In this document: positions 28,126 to 43,412 of the stretch, one piece after another | How positions within the stretch are numbered: the first letter of the stretch is position 1 | Layout of the letters: each line of letters begins with the position of its first letter | Origin: the human T2T-CHM13v2.0 reference genome, Homo sapiens | DNA: 64,000 nt | NCBI RefSeq assembly: GCF_009914755.1 | Contig: NC_060929.1 | Reading direction: 5' to 3' (one strand) | Program-made: the position numbers and the translations under genes | The notes under the pieces: generated by a model | What the model was told of the DNA's origin: nothing | The model's database searches: none | The model's input: only the letters and a program-made list of their open reading frames with translations

Positions 28126-29144
28126 TATATGGCCTCAAAAAGGGTATTATGTATGAAAATGGAAAACTCAATAGTTTACATTCAGAATCAGGTTCTTTCA
28201 TGTGGTCAGAGGATATTAACATTACTTTTAAAAACATTGAATCCAGATGTGTTTCTGGAATTGCGAAAACAGATTTTCCCAGTGTGTTGCCTCTGAGAGG
28301 TTGGGGACAGCCTTTGATGAATGACAACATTAATAATACTTTTAGGCTATGGTTAAAAAACAACAAATATATGTAAGTATGTATGCATGCATGCATATAT
28401 GTATATGAGTACATTGTCTTCAATTCTCCTTTGTCACTGCCTAACTTTTCTCAATCTGGCACCTGGGGGAAATAAAAAACTGAGAGAGACACCTTGACTG
28501 GATAGCTCCTTTCCACAACCTGTATGGAAAGGAGCTGGGCTGCCTTTTGAGGTGAATGGACAGCTGTAGCCAAAGAGAGCCTAGAATATTTGAAGAAGGC
28601 AGTAGAGGGTAGCACCAAAACAACGCTGCAGGAGATGAGAGCATCAAAAAGATTTGTTCACCAGAATTTGCAGTTTCCTGCAACTTTATAAATAATTCAC
28701 TTGGGTAATGTTTCATCAAGAACTGCACAATTGACCTCAAAGCCTGAGAATCTAATGGGCTTATTTAAAAAATGTCTAAATAGAAGCACATCAAGGCTTT
28801 GACCAAATACCCTTCCCTAACCTTGTTATGTTTTCTTCCTTCTTGGAGATAAATCTGTAAAACACAAATGAGTTTGTTGTAATTGCCCACCTAGTGTTTA
28901 AAATTACAGCTTCAGAGTCATGCTTAATAGGCAATGTGCACAAAGTATATGAACCCAGCTAATCACACAAGATTTCTATTTTTTTTTTATAGCCAGCAGT
29001 TGGATACTGTGCTCATCTCTGGGAAAAAATTCATTGAAGCAGACCTTTATTTTACCTCTTTGCTGACCTATTTTTTTCTGTCCTATGATACAGATATTTT
29101 AGTTCATCTGGTCCTGAAGCATGAATTTTGGCCAAAGCCTCTTA

Positions 29145-29184
29145 TTCGGTTGGTGCAAAAGTAATTGCGATTTTTGCTAACTAA
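29145..29184. mobile_element. MADE1 (Hsmar1 MITE) remnant, internally deleted
   Basis: ta|ttcggttggtgcaaaagtaattgcgatttttgc matches the MADE1 left terminal repeat, then taactaa. Confidence 0.8.
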
Positions 29185-29379
29185 TTCACTGGTTTATATA
29201 TATTTTTTTCCTTGACACACATACCTTGCATGCAGTAATTATAAAATTAAATCTTCTGGTCATGAGGTGAAATCAGCAGAAAAATGTTGGATGATTTATA
29301 AAACTCTATCACCATTCTCAAGGATAGATCCTAAGTATTTGCCAAAGATGATGGTTCCTTACAGAAGATGAATAAGATT

Positions 29380-29640
29380 GGCTAAGTGGTACAAGAGTGA
29401 GATCTGTGTCAGATGGCCTGGTTTGAACCTATGCCCCACCGTATATGAACTGTGTGACATTGAGCACCTTCCTTAACTTTCTGTACCTCAGTTTCCTTGC
29501 TTATTAACTGTGGATAATGATTGTTCAAACCTAGGGAGGTTACTTTGAAGATTAATTCAGTCAAAAAAATGGAAGGCACATAGGGAAAGACTGGGGCATG
29601 GGAAGCACTTTAAAATGCTGGTTGTTCTTAATTATCCTAA
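29380..29640 (+). mobile_element. MIR
   Basis: gtggtacaagagtgagatctgtgtcagatggcctggtttgaa...cctcagtttcct. Confidence 0.75.
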
Positions 29641-32600
29641 GCATTATGTGAGACAAGCCTCACTTGCTATGTGAGGCTCTTCTTAGCATGCAGAAGGCAA
29701 GCAGCAAATATTAATTTAATAAATGAATCAGTGCTTCCTGGAGTTTATACCCCCAAACTGTGGCTTTATCCATTTTTTTCTGATTTTCATTCTGCTTTCC
29801 ATATCTGTAGGTTGTATTTAGGGGTCAACATTTTCTTTCCCATTCTTCTTACAAAGTTTCCACAGAGGATCTCCTTGATCAATGGAGGAGGCAAAACAAA
29901 GAAGCAATTTGTCAAATGAGGTACCATTCTTTCCCTGCAAGTCACAAATCTATGGTGATATGTTTGAGCTGACAAGATTTTGAATTTTCACTTTTCTGCT
30001 TGTTTACAGATATCACTTTATACAAAAGCACCATTTGCAAAATAAACTCATCTGAAGGCTTCCACAGGGAATTTCCCCCAACAAAAGGAGGTATTAGTTA
30101 TTTAAAACTACATGAGTGGAGAGGATTCTGGGAATTCAATGGAGTAGTAAGCACCAGGACTCCATCGCCCCACCTAAACAGTAATTGCACTGGTAGAATG
30201 TGTTTGATGTAATAATTTTGAAACTCTGGAGTGTATTGCACGCTTCAGACTTCTAAGGGAAAGCTTGGATAGTAAATTCTGGTTAATTTTAGTTAATTTC
30301 AGCTCTTAGCACAGCAGTAGCTATTCATCTCCCACTCCCAGCTCTGTGGCAGGCAGCTGTGCAGGTGTTACTGGAGCAGCTTGCACACAGCCTGAAGGAG
30401 CCAAAGTGGGAAAAAAAAATACTCTATCCTCCAAATGTAGATCAGTGCTATGATTGCTGATTCCTGCTTCTGGCCACAGAGGTATAGGCAGCAATATTTG
30501 CTACACATCGCGCTATTGTTGACAGCCCTTCCCCCTCCATCTGAGGTGACCTCTAAGGGATTTAAAGGGCTAGAGCACCCTTTTTTTCTACCCCCTTTTT
30601 GTCTCTTCCCAGTTGGGAGATGGATATCAAACACAGGACAGTCACAAATAACTTTATATACAGGGAAAGTTAGAAAGTAACTGCACATGCACAGAGAGAG
30701 GCACAGCCCAGAAAAGTTTTAAAAAGACCTTAGATTTCCATTTTTTGGTACAGAGACTGTCTACAGTATTAAAAATAAAACCCCCAAACAATAATTTTAA
30801 AAAGTAGACCCTGGTTTATAGAGTTAGAGTTATCAGTTTATTAGATTCAAATGTCCACTTTTCCAAAAAAAGATAATGACAAGGCATCCAAAGAAACAGA
30901 AAAGCATGAAACATTCAAAGGAAAAAAATTAAACAACAGAAACTGTTCCTGAAAAAGACCTAATGGCAGTTCTATTAGACAAGGACATTAAAACTACTTT
31001 CTTAAAAATGTACACAGAACTAAAGAAAGATGTTGGGAAACTCAAGAAAACAATGTATGAACAAAATGAAAATATCAATAAAGATAAGACTTAAAAAGAA
31101 ACCAGAAAGAAATTCTGGAGCTAAAAATTACCGTATCTGAAATTAAAAATTCACTGGAGGGTTTCAAAGGCAGATTTGAACAAGGAGAAGAAACAATCTG
31201 CAATCTTGAAGATAGGACAATGGAAATTATCAAGTCTTAGGACCAGAGTAAGAAAAGATTACAGAAAAGTGAACAGACACTAAGGGATATGAGGAATATC
31301 ATCAAGCTGGCTGGTTTACACATTGTGGGGCTCATAGAAGGAGAAGAGATGGGAAAAGGGGCAGAGAGAATATTTGAAGAAATAATGTCTGAAAACTTCC
31401 CAAATTTGATAAAAGACATGAATGTAAACATCCAAGGAGCTCAAGAAACTAAGTAAGATGAATGCAAAGAGACTCACACTGAGACACATTATAATCAGAC
31501 TTTCAAGCTGAAGACAAAGACAGAATTTTGAAAGCAAGAAAGAAGCAACTCATTGCATACAAGGGACCCTCCATATGATTATCAGCAGATTTTTGAAATC
31601 TGAAACTTTGGAGGCTAGAAAACAAGGGGGTGATATATTCAAAGCATTAAAAGAAAAAAATCAACAAATAATCCTATATCTGGCAAAACTGTCCTTCAAA
31701 AGTGAGGGAAAAACCATTAATAATAAATTTCCAGTTAAACAAAAGGTGAGGAAATTTTTACTACTAGACCCGCCCTGCAAGAAATGTATAAGGGAGCCCT
31801 GCAAAGTGAAGTTAAAGGACAGCAGACAGTAACTCAAAGCTGTATGAAGAAACAAATACCTCAATAAAGGTAAATACAGGGGCCGTTATGAAAGCAAGTA
31901 TTATCATAAAAATGGATTCTAATTCTAGTTTTTGTTTTCTATATAATTTAAGAGCTTATTGCATTTAAAATAATTATTAGTTTATGTTTTTGGGCAGAGA
32001 ATGTATAAGGATGAAATTTTGTGACCTCAGCAATTCAAAGAGGTGGAAACAGAGTTGTAAAAGAGCATAGTTTGTGTATGATATTGTATTAAACTGGTGT
32101 AAATTGATTATAAAGTGTTACAACTTTAGGATGTTAAATGTAATTCCTATGGTAGCTACAAAGAAAACAGGTATAGAATATACACGAAAAGAAATGAGAA
32201 ATATATTTAAACATTTCAGTATTAAGGATCAACTAATTATAAAAGAAAACAGTAATGCAGAAAATGAGGGTGAAAAAAGCCATAAAGTATTTAGAAAATA
32301 AATAGCAAAATGACAGAAGGAAATCTTTCCTTATCAGTAATACTTTAAATGTAAGTGAATTAAACTTTATATTCAAAAGAGAGGTTAGCAGAATGAATAA
32401 AGACACAAGATCCAAATACAACAGCATATGTATTCTTCTCAAGAATGGGACGTGGGACATTTTTCTGTGATTGACCATATGTTAGGACACAGACTCAGTT
32501 TCAATACATATTAAAAAATAGACATTATACAAAGTATCTTCTCTGACAACAATGGGATTAAATTAAAAATCAATGACAGAAGTAAAACTGGAAAACTCAA

Positions 32601-33954
32601 AAATTTGTGGAAACATACAAGCAATGGATCAAAGAGGAAATTACAAAGAAAATTAGAAAATACTTAGAGACAAATGAGAACAAAACCACAACATGTAAAA
32701 ACTTATGAGATATAGTTAAAGCATTGTAAGAAGAAATTTTATAGCTATAAAATTTTACAGCTATAAACACAGTAAAAAATAAGAAATATCTCAAATCAAC
32801 AACCTAATTTTACAAGTAAAAGAACTAAAAAAAAAAGGGCAAGCTAAACTCAAAGCTAGTAGACTAAAGGAAATAACAAAGTTAGAGAAGAGATAAAATA
32901 GAAAATGGAGAAAAATCAATGAAATCAAAAGTTGGTTATTTGAAAAGATCAATAAAATTGGCAAACCTTTAGCTAAGTGTATTAAGAAAAAAAGAATACT
33001 CAAATTACTAAAATCAGAAATGAAAGTGATGACATTACTACTGCTACTACAGAAAGAAAAAAGATTGTAAGAGAGTACTATAAATAATTTTACACCAAAC
33101 AATTGGATAACCTAGATAAAAAGAACAAATTTGTAGAAACACAAAACTTACCATGACTAAATCATGAAAAAATAGAAAATTTGATTATACATATAACTAG
33201 TAAGGAGGTTAAATGGTAATCAAAAGTCTTTCAACAAAGAAAAGCCCTGGACCTGATGGCTTTGCTGATACATTCTACCAGATATTTAAAGAACAAACGC
33301 CAGTTCTTCTCAAACTTTTCCAAAAAATACTGAAGAGGAGGGAAAAATTCCTAACTAATTCTATGAGGCCAGTATTACCTTAATACCAAAGTTAGACAAA
33401 AATACTTCAAAGAAGTATAGACTAATATCCTTTATGAAAATTGATGCAAAAATCCTCACCAAAATACTAGCAAACAAAATTTGGGATTATTTTAAAAGAC
33501 TTTGATCAAGTATGATTTATTTTTGGAATTCAAGGATGATTCAACATATGAAAATCAATCAATGTCATACATCACATTAATAGAATGAAGGAAAAAAGCA
33601 CATGATCATCTCAATGCAGAAAAATTATTTGATAAAACTTAATACCTTTTTGTGATCAAAACATTAAAAAAACTAAGAATAGAAGGAAATTACCTCAACA
33701 TAATATAAGCCATATATGAAAAACCCACAGTGAATATTACACTGAATGCTGTAAGACTGAAAGCTTTTTCTCTTAAAGCAGGAACAAGGCAAGAATACCT
33801 GCTTTCTTCACTTCTATTTAACGTAATACTTGGAAGTTTTAGCCAGAGCAGTTAGGTGAGAAAAATAAATAAAAAGCATCTAAATTGGAAAGGAAGAAGT
33901 AAAATTATCTCTGTTTACAGATGATGTGATCTGGTATGTCTAAAAGACTAAAAA

Positions 33955-33956
<2 letters not shown>

Positions 33957-33985
<29 letters not shown>
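33957..33985. repeat. (AC)14 microsatellite
   Basis: Uninterrupted AC run inside L1 ORF2. Confidence 0.95.
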
Positions 33986-33989
<4 letters not shown>

Positions 33990-34352
33990 TAGAATTAATA
34001 AATGAACTTAGACAGCAGGATACAAAGTCAACACACAAAAATCAGTTGTATTTCTATATACTAGAAATCAACAGCCTGAAAAGGAAATTACAAAAGCAAT
34101 TTCATTTATAATAGCATCAGAAAGAATAAAATACATAGGAATCAACGTAACCAATGAAGTGAAAGAACTGTATAATGAAAATTACAAAACCCTGCTGAAA
34201 TAAAGAAGACTAAAATAAATGGGAGCACATTTCATGTTGATCAATTGGAAGATATAATATATTAAGATGCCAATATTACTCAAAGCAATCTATAGATTGA
34301 ATGCAATGACTATCAAAATTGTAATGACGATTTTTGTAGAAAAAAGTCTTTC

Positions 34353-34646
<294 letters not shown>

Positions 34647-36130
34647 GAAAAAGTCCTTCCTAAAATTCTTATGGAATTTTAAGATCTCAAGAGACCCCCA
34701 AAAGCCAAAACAACCTTGAAAAAGAATGAAGCTGGAAAAGTAATACTACATGATTTCAAAATTTACTACAAAGCTACAGTAATCAAAACAGTGTGGCACT
34801 GACATAAAGACAAACATATAGACCCATAGAATATCAGAATGAAAATCTTCAGATATCAGAAATAAACCCTTACATATATGGTCAAATGATTTTTGATAAG
34901 GATGCTGAGACTATTCAGTGGGGGAAAGGATAGTCATTTCAACAAATGGTTCTGAGAAAATTGGATATCCATATGCAAAATCATAATTTCCAGCTCTTCC
35001 CCAACACCATATACAAAAATTAACTCAAAATGGAAAAAAGATCTAAATGTAAGACCCAAAAGTATAAAACTATTAAAAGAATACACAGGGCAAAAGTTTT
35101 ACAACACTGGGTTGGGCAAATATTTTTTGGGCATAACATCAAAGGCATAGGCAACAAAATAAAAAAATATATACTCCATGAAAATTTAAAAAATTGTGCA
35201 TAAGAAGACAATATCAACAAAGTATAAAGGTAACCCACAAGATAGGAGGAACTATTTATCAATCATGTATCTGATAAGAGATTAATATTCCAGATATATA
35301 GTGAACTCCTAAAACTCAAAAACAAAATAAACAACCCAATTTAAAAATGGGCAAAGGACTTGACTAATTCTCTAAAGAGGATATAAAAATGGCTAGTAAA
35401 CACATGAAAATATGCTCAACATTCCTAATCACTAGGGAAATACAAATGAAAACTACAATGAGTTATTATATAATCCCCAACACAATGGCTACTATCAAAA
35501 ATAAAACAAATCAGAAAACAACAAATGTTGGTGAGGATGTGGAGAAACTGAAACCCTGTGCACTGTTTGTAGGAATGCAAAAGAGTACAGCTGTAAAAAA
35601 CAGTATGACAGTTCATCAAAAATTAAAAATAGAATTACCATATGGTTCAGCAGTCCCACCTTTGGGTATTTGCCCAAAAGAATTGAAACCAGGGCCTCAA
35701 AGAGACATTTGTACAACCATGTTCATAGAAGTTATTCAAAATAGCTAAAGCATGGAAGCAACCTAAGTGTCCTTTGACAGATGAATAGATAAGCACAATG
35801 TAATTCTGACACATGATACAACATAGATGGAACTTAAGAACATTCTACTAAGTAAAATAAGCTAGTCACAAAAAGACAAATACTTTATGGTGATTTCACT
35901 TATATGAGGTACTTAGAGTTGTCTTAATTATAGAGACAGAAAGTAGAATGGTTGTTGTCAGGGGCTGGGGGGAGGGGGAAATAGGGAGTTACTTTTTATG
36001 TAAATACAAAATAGTTTCAGTTTTACAAGATTAAGAGTCATAGAGATGGATGGTGGTGACGGTTGCACAACATTATGAATGTATTTGTTAACACAAACTT
36101 GTATACTCAAAAATGGTTAAAATGGTAAAC

Positions 36131-36240
36131 TTTATGTTATGTGTATTAAAATATACGTAACATATTATATTAAAATATAATAATATTTTTATGTTATGTG
36201 TATTAAAATATACGTAACATATTATATTAAAATATAATAA
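36131..36240. repeat. Perfect 53-bp direct repeat (period 57)
   Basis: tttatgttatgtgtattaaaatatacgtaacatattatattaaaatataataa at 36131-36183 and 36188-36240. Confidence 0.92.
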
Positions 36241-38239
36241 AAAATAGAAAAAAAATCCACTTGGGCATTTTAAGAAAAAGGTTAAAATAATTTCAGGAGA
36301 ATGAATTTCTGAAATTTTTCTTCCTTCTTCTCTTTTTCTCTTTCTATTTATTGTCCTTTTCTCTTTTCTTTTTATCCTTCTCTTTTTCATTTTTACTGTT
36401 TCCCCCTCTTTTTCTCTGTATCCTTTTCCTTCTTCTTGTCTTCCTGCAACATAACCTGTAGGTTGTGGTATTCATGGTAGGAGGTCTCTCTAAACTTAAG
36501 TGTGTAGGAATAAAGGTAGCTTGGCTAGGTTAAGGGTTACTATAGAGTAGAGCAATGAATAGTGGACAAGTAGGTAGGGGATAGATTAAAGAGGGTTGGA
36601 AATGCCTTACCAAGGCATGGTGATTCAGTCATTAAGAATGAGAAGGCAGAAGAAATAAGATATATAACATTTTTTCATAATTCTGAATGTGAATTTAGAC
36701 CTAATCAGTATTTCTCCAGAATCCTGAAAAACAGAAATGTTTATTCAGGGTCATGACTACTCTGGTGAAACTATTAAGTGATGATGGTGAGCAGTAGCAT
36801 TCATGTTGTAAGGACTCTACCTGTGTCTGAATTCAGCCTTCAAATTCCAGTAGATAAGAAAAGGTGAGGTGGGGTGCTGGCAAGGCAGGATAAAGAGAAT
36901 TGTACCTTTCTATTTCCTCCTTGAGAGTATGTTCTTTTCTTATAATGAACCCAACCCAACCCTTGCTTAATGACATACTTCTCTACTTGGATTTATGTAC
37001 TGAAGGTATCAGTTCTATCTTTAAGGCTCCCAGATCAGAAGGTTTCCTTTCTCTTTTGGACTTTCTGCCTTACAAAGAAGTTTTAGCAAAGTCCAACAAA
37101 GCCACAGTGCTTTTTAGAGCCAGCTCCGTTTAAATTGTACCCAGGTAATTATAATTTCTTTAAAGGTGGCCCTTCCTCTGGTAATATGTATTCACACTAA
37201 AAAAGATATTTTGAAATTCTTTAACCGTATATTAAAATGCAAATCGGTCTTCCTATTAAAGATTTCTGGAAGTTCTCTGACAACACATTTAAATGCAAAT
37301 TGCTACAGTGTAGATGCTAAAATTAAAATGGAGAAACATAATACACCTCCATAAAGGGGCTGAAGATTTTATAGGCAGAGAAGAAAGTGCCCACTGGTCT
37401 CTTGCATTCTCATCACTGTCAGAGGCAGTGATCAGGTCTGGACAACCACACACCTACAAAAACGATCCCACCTCCCATCTGCTCCTCCTTTTTTTTTGCA
37501 CTTAATTATGCAAAATGGATATGAGCATAATTGACTCATTGCACCTAATAACCAGAGCACATTCTCTTTCTTCCTCCCATGTCATGTTGCCTGAACAGAT
37601 ACGGGAAAGCAAAGCTACAGACCCACTGGTACTATTTACTTCTGCAATGCTGCCTTGCCCTATTTACAGACCTTTGGAGATTTCTCCCCTTTCTCCCACT
37701 CTCTCTAAAACTGTATTGTTACAAGAGGCAGATCCCCATGGCAACAACACAAGTGAACGCTTTCCCAGTTCTGCTTTTGTGACACCACAGGGTCCTTCTA
37801 ATTATTCCAAAGAGTGTCATGGGATTCTCAAAACAAAATTAGTTTTAATTTACTCTAAATTTAAAAATAAATACGTGCCATTCTGGTTTGGGAACACTGA
37901 ACGGCGAGGGATGTGGGCTGTGAGAAGGTGGTGGTGGGAGTGAAGTTAAATAATGAGATGAGGATCTGCTCAAAAAACTTGAAAATGTAATGTTAGAGAT
38001 CATTTCAGGACTGTGTGCTTTCTTAAGAACAATGTGAAGTGTATTTCTAATCCCTAAAACGTGGCTCCCAGATTAATATTCTTACAACAAGCTGTACCAT
38101 GACGAAAGCCTTTCTTGACAAGGTTGGGTATTCTATCCTGACATTGTCATTCCAGGTTACGTGCCTTTAGGACTTTTCAAAGTGGCCCCAGGAAAATTTT
38201 CTGATGAAATAAACAGGTTTCTTTGGTGCTCTTCATTGG

Positions 38240-38700
38240 AACTTTTGTTTAAAAAGTAATTTTTAGTTATATAAATAATACATGAATACATTTTCCCTTA
38301 AAGGCTCCTTTGCCTTAAACCCTTCTCTTCTCCCCAAAGTAAATCCCTGTTATGAATTTGGTATGTATCATTGCAGATAATTCTGAGACACATCAATAGA
38401 CAATATTATAAGAATTGTGTGTTTTTTTGTAAAAAGAATGACATCATTCTGTTATATAATTTTGTCTCTCAACAATATCTCTTAGGAGGTTACCTATATT
38501 AATGTTTATAGCTTTAGTTCACTTATTTGCCTTTAGTATTATATTCACAGTTTATTCAGCCAGTCCCTGAAGGGTAGACATTCAGATTACTTATAATCTT
38601 TCACTGTTACAAATAATACCACAAGGAATATTTTTGCATGTGGTTCATATTAGGGTAAAATCTTAGACATGGAATTATTATGATGCTAATTTTTAAAGGA
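38240..38700 (-). mobile_element. L1ME-like 3' fragment
   Basis: ctgttatgaatttggtatgtatc...tttattcagccagtccctgaagggtagacattcaga. Confidence 0.6.
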
Positions 38701-38726
38701 ATTTGTTTATTTCTCCTAGTCTTCTA

Positions 38727-39193
<467 letters not shown>

Positions 39194-39475
39194 TTATACA
39201 CAATGTAAATGACAAGGTGTGAAGCAGAGCTCTGAGTGTAGAGTTAATATCATTTTTTTCAGTGTTGCTGCATATCCATAGATTTTATATTCTTCCCTGT
39301 GGGTGAAAAACTCACTATCTATTTTTCCCTTAAGTGTTTCATTTCTCTTTGAAAAGTTTGCTGTAGGGCAGAAATAACAATTTACAATTGCATAGTTCTT
39401 TGTGCTTTTTGGTGACCCTCCTAGTCTGGAAGTGTTGAATTGTCTTGTGAATTCAGGAAATGTAAATAGCTCAAT

Positions 39476-39520
39476 GCTGCTGCTGATGATGATGACGACG
39501 ATGATGATGATGGTGATGAG
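39476..39520. repeat. Interrupted (CTG)/(GAT)n triplet repeat
   Basis: gctgctgctgatgatgatgacgacgatgatgatgatggtgatgag. Confidence 0.85.
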
Positions 39521-40680
39521 ACTGCTCCATTGGGCTGATCACAATCTTGGCTGAAGAAAAACATCACAAACTGCTAAATAACTTCCTCTTGTAGGGTGCA
39601 CACTAAGCTTAGTTAGAGAAAAGACAAGCATGTTCATGATATAATTTCAATTATTGACTACTAAACTTGGAAAAGAACTCAGACCATCTAACAACCTCAT
39701 ATTATATCCAATAAAATTGAGTATCAAAGAGATGGTATATCCTGCCCAAATCACTTAGCAAGACAGTGGCAGGGCCAGCATTATCAATGTGATTTTTTTA
39801 AATTGATTTTTGAAAACATTTACATTGTATTTTGCAATCCTATCAGAATAAGAGATCTAGTTATCTCCAACCTTGTTAGTACTTGCTGTTGTTAATGTTT
39901 AGATTCTAACTATTTTAATAGGTGTGTAGTTATAGCTCATGGTGGTATTAGTTTTCATTTACCTAGAGACTAATGATGTTAAGCATCTTTCATGTACTTC
40001 TTTGCCATATGTATATCCTCTTTGGGGAAATATCTGTTAAAAACTTTTATCTAGTTTTAAATTGAGTTATTGTTGCATTTTTGTTAAGTTTTGAGATTTA
40101 AAAAAATATATATTCAGAATATAAATACTTTGTTGGGTATGTTATTTGTGGCTATTTTCTCCCAACATGTAGCTAGTCTTTTCATTTGCTAAATTTCTAC
40201 GAGCAAAAGTTTTAAATTTTGAAAGAGTCACATTTATCAATGTTTTCTTTTATGGGCTGTGCTTTTGGTAGTGTATCTAAGAACTCTTTGTCTAACACAA
40301 GGTCTCAAAAATTTTCTCTTATGTTGTCTTCTAAAAGTGTAATAGTTTAACATTTTCATTTAAATATAGAATTCATTTTAAGTTCACTTTATTTAATGTG
40401 TGAGGTGGAAACTTTTTTTGTATATGGGTGTTTAATCGTCAAACACCATTTGTTGAAAAGGCTATTTCTTCTCTAGAGATTTTCTTTTGGACTCATCAAA
40501 AAAATTTGTGTGTGTCTATTTCTAGAATCTTTAGTTTGTCCTATTCATATATATAATTTTCCTTTTATCAATACCACCTTGTCCTGTTTACTGTCGTGTT
40601 AAAGTGTTAAAAAAGTGTGACTCTTCCAACTTTGTTCTTATTTTTCAAAATTGTTTTGACTATTTTTGTTTGTTAGTCTT

Positions 40681-40992
<312 letters not shown>

Positions 40993-41664
40993 GTTAGTCT
41001 TCTTATTAAAAAATTAGAAACAGCTTGTCACTACCTCCAATAATAATCCTGCTGAAATTTGCATTTGGATTGTATTATACGTATAGATCAATTTCGGGGA
41101 GATTTGAGGAAAATTAAAATTTTAAAATATTGGTTTCCAATTAATGAGATATCCCTCTACTTAAGTTCTTCTTTAGTTTCTTTCATCAGTGTTTTGTAGT
41201 TTTCAGGAAAAGATTTTGTACATATTTTGTAAGATTTATCCCTAAGCATTTCATTTCTTTGAGATTTTTAAAAAGTTGTTTTCCAATTGGTTATTGCTTA
41301 TTGAAAAAAATGAGATTGATTTTTGTGTTTGGACCTTGAATCCATGACCATGTTGAATTCGAAGAGCTTTTCTTGTAGTTTAAGAGCTTTTCTTGTAGAC
41401 ACACTGATATTTTTTATGTAGACAAATATGTTGCCTATGAATAGAGACAGTTTTATTTATTCTTTCCTAATCTGTGTGCATTTTTTTTTATTTTTTGTAC
41501 CAATCGCAATGACCAGGAATTCAATTATGATGTTGAAGAGAAGTGGTAAAAGTGGATATCCTTACCTTGATCTCCATTTTAAGGAGAAAGTATTCATTCT
41601 TTGGCTGTTAATTATAATAGTAGCTGCATGTTTTTATAGAGATCCTTAACCAGGTTAAGAAAGA

Positions 41665-42039
41665 TGTTTTAGTCCATGTTGAGCTGCTAAGACAAAATAC
41701 CACAGACTGGGTAATTTATAAGAAACAGAAATTTCTTTCCTCGTAATTCTGGAGGCTGAGAAGTCCAAGATCAAGGCATTGGCATCTTGCAAGGACCTTC
41801 TTGCTGTGTTATCTTGTGGAAGATGGTGGAAGGACAAGAGAGTGTGAGAGCAAACAAGAAGGAGCCAAACTCACTTTTATAACAAATCCACTCTAGTGGT
41901 ACTTATATTAATGCATTCATGAGGGCATAGCCCTTGGAACCTAATCACCTTTTAAAAGTCCTACTTCTTAACATTATTGCATTTGGGATAAGTTATAAAT
42001 AAGCATATGAATTTTGGGAGACACATTCAAGCCATAGCA
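41665..42039 (-). mobile_element. MaLR solo LTR (MSTD-like)
   Basis: tgttttagtcc...ccacagactgggtaatttataag...acacattcaagccatagca. Confidence 0.85.
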
Positions 42040-42838
42040 AGATCTGTTCTATTTCTCATTTGCTAAGAGTATTTTAATCATAAATGAACCTTACATTTTT
42101 TCCCCCATCTATTGATATGATTTATATGACTTTCTTCTTTGGTGTATTAATATGATGGATAAATTGATTTATTTTCAAATAATGGATCTGCCCTGCATTC
42201 CTGAAATAAACTTCACTTTTCTCAACCTATACTTGTTTTAATGTGTTACTGGATTTGACTTTTTAATATTGTGTTGAAGTTTTTTTGTTTATGTTTATTA
42301 AGGTTATTGGTCTGTAGTTTTTATTTCTTATAATTTCCTTTTCTGGCTTTGATATATCAGAGTAATGCTGGCATCATAAAATGAGCTGAGTAGTATTCCC
42401 TCCTTTCCTATTTTCTGGAAGAGATTGTAAGGAATTTAAATTATTATTATTTTTCCTAACTGATTAGTAGAATTTACCAGTATAACCATCTGGGCCTGGA
42501 GTTTTATTTGTTGGAAGTTTATAATTTATAAATTAAAGTTTTTTTTTAAAATAGCTATATAACTATTATAGTTATCTACTGTGTCTAGAGTAAGTTTTGG
42601 CAGTGTATCTTTTAACTGGCACATTTTATCTAAATTGTTGAATTTATGACCATAAAGTTATTCTTAGTTTTCTCCCATACTTCTTTTAATGTCTGTGGAG
42701 TCTGTAGTGATAAATTCTGATATTGCTAATTTGTGTTTTCTCTCTCTTTCTTTTTCAGTCTGGCTAGAGACTTACTAATTTTGTTGATCTTTTCAAAGAA
42801 TCTACTTTTAGTTTGGTTGGTTTTAAAACATGTTTTCC

Positions 42839-43412
<574 letters not shown>

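Noticed and set aside
31575-31832. ORF resembling the L1 ORF1p C-terminus
   Set aside because: Decayed fragment of the L1MB; surrounding frame is broken, so not a gene
35389-35748. ORF resembling the L1 ORF2p C-terminal region
   Set aside because: Remnant of the same dead L1
41362-41398. 17-bp direct repeat aagagcttttcttgtag as a TSD
   Set aside because: Only 3 bp lie between the copies; an ordinary small duplication in L1
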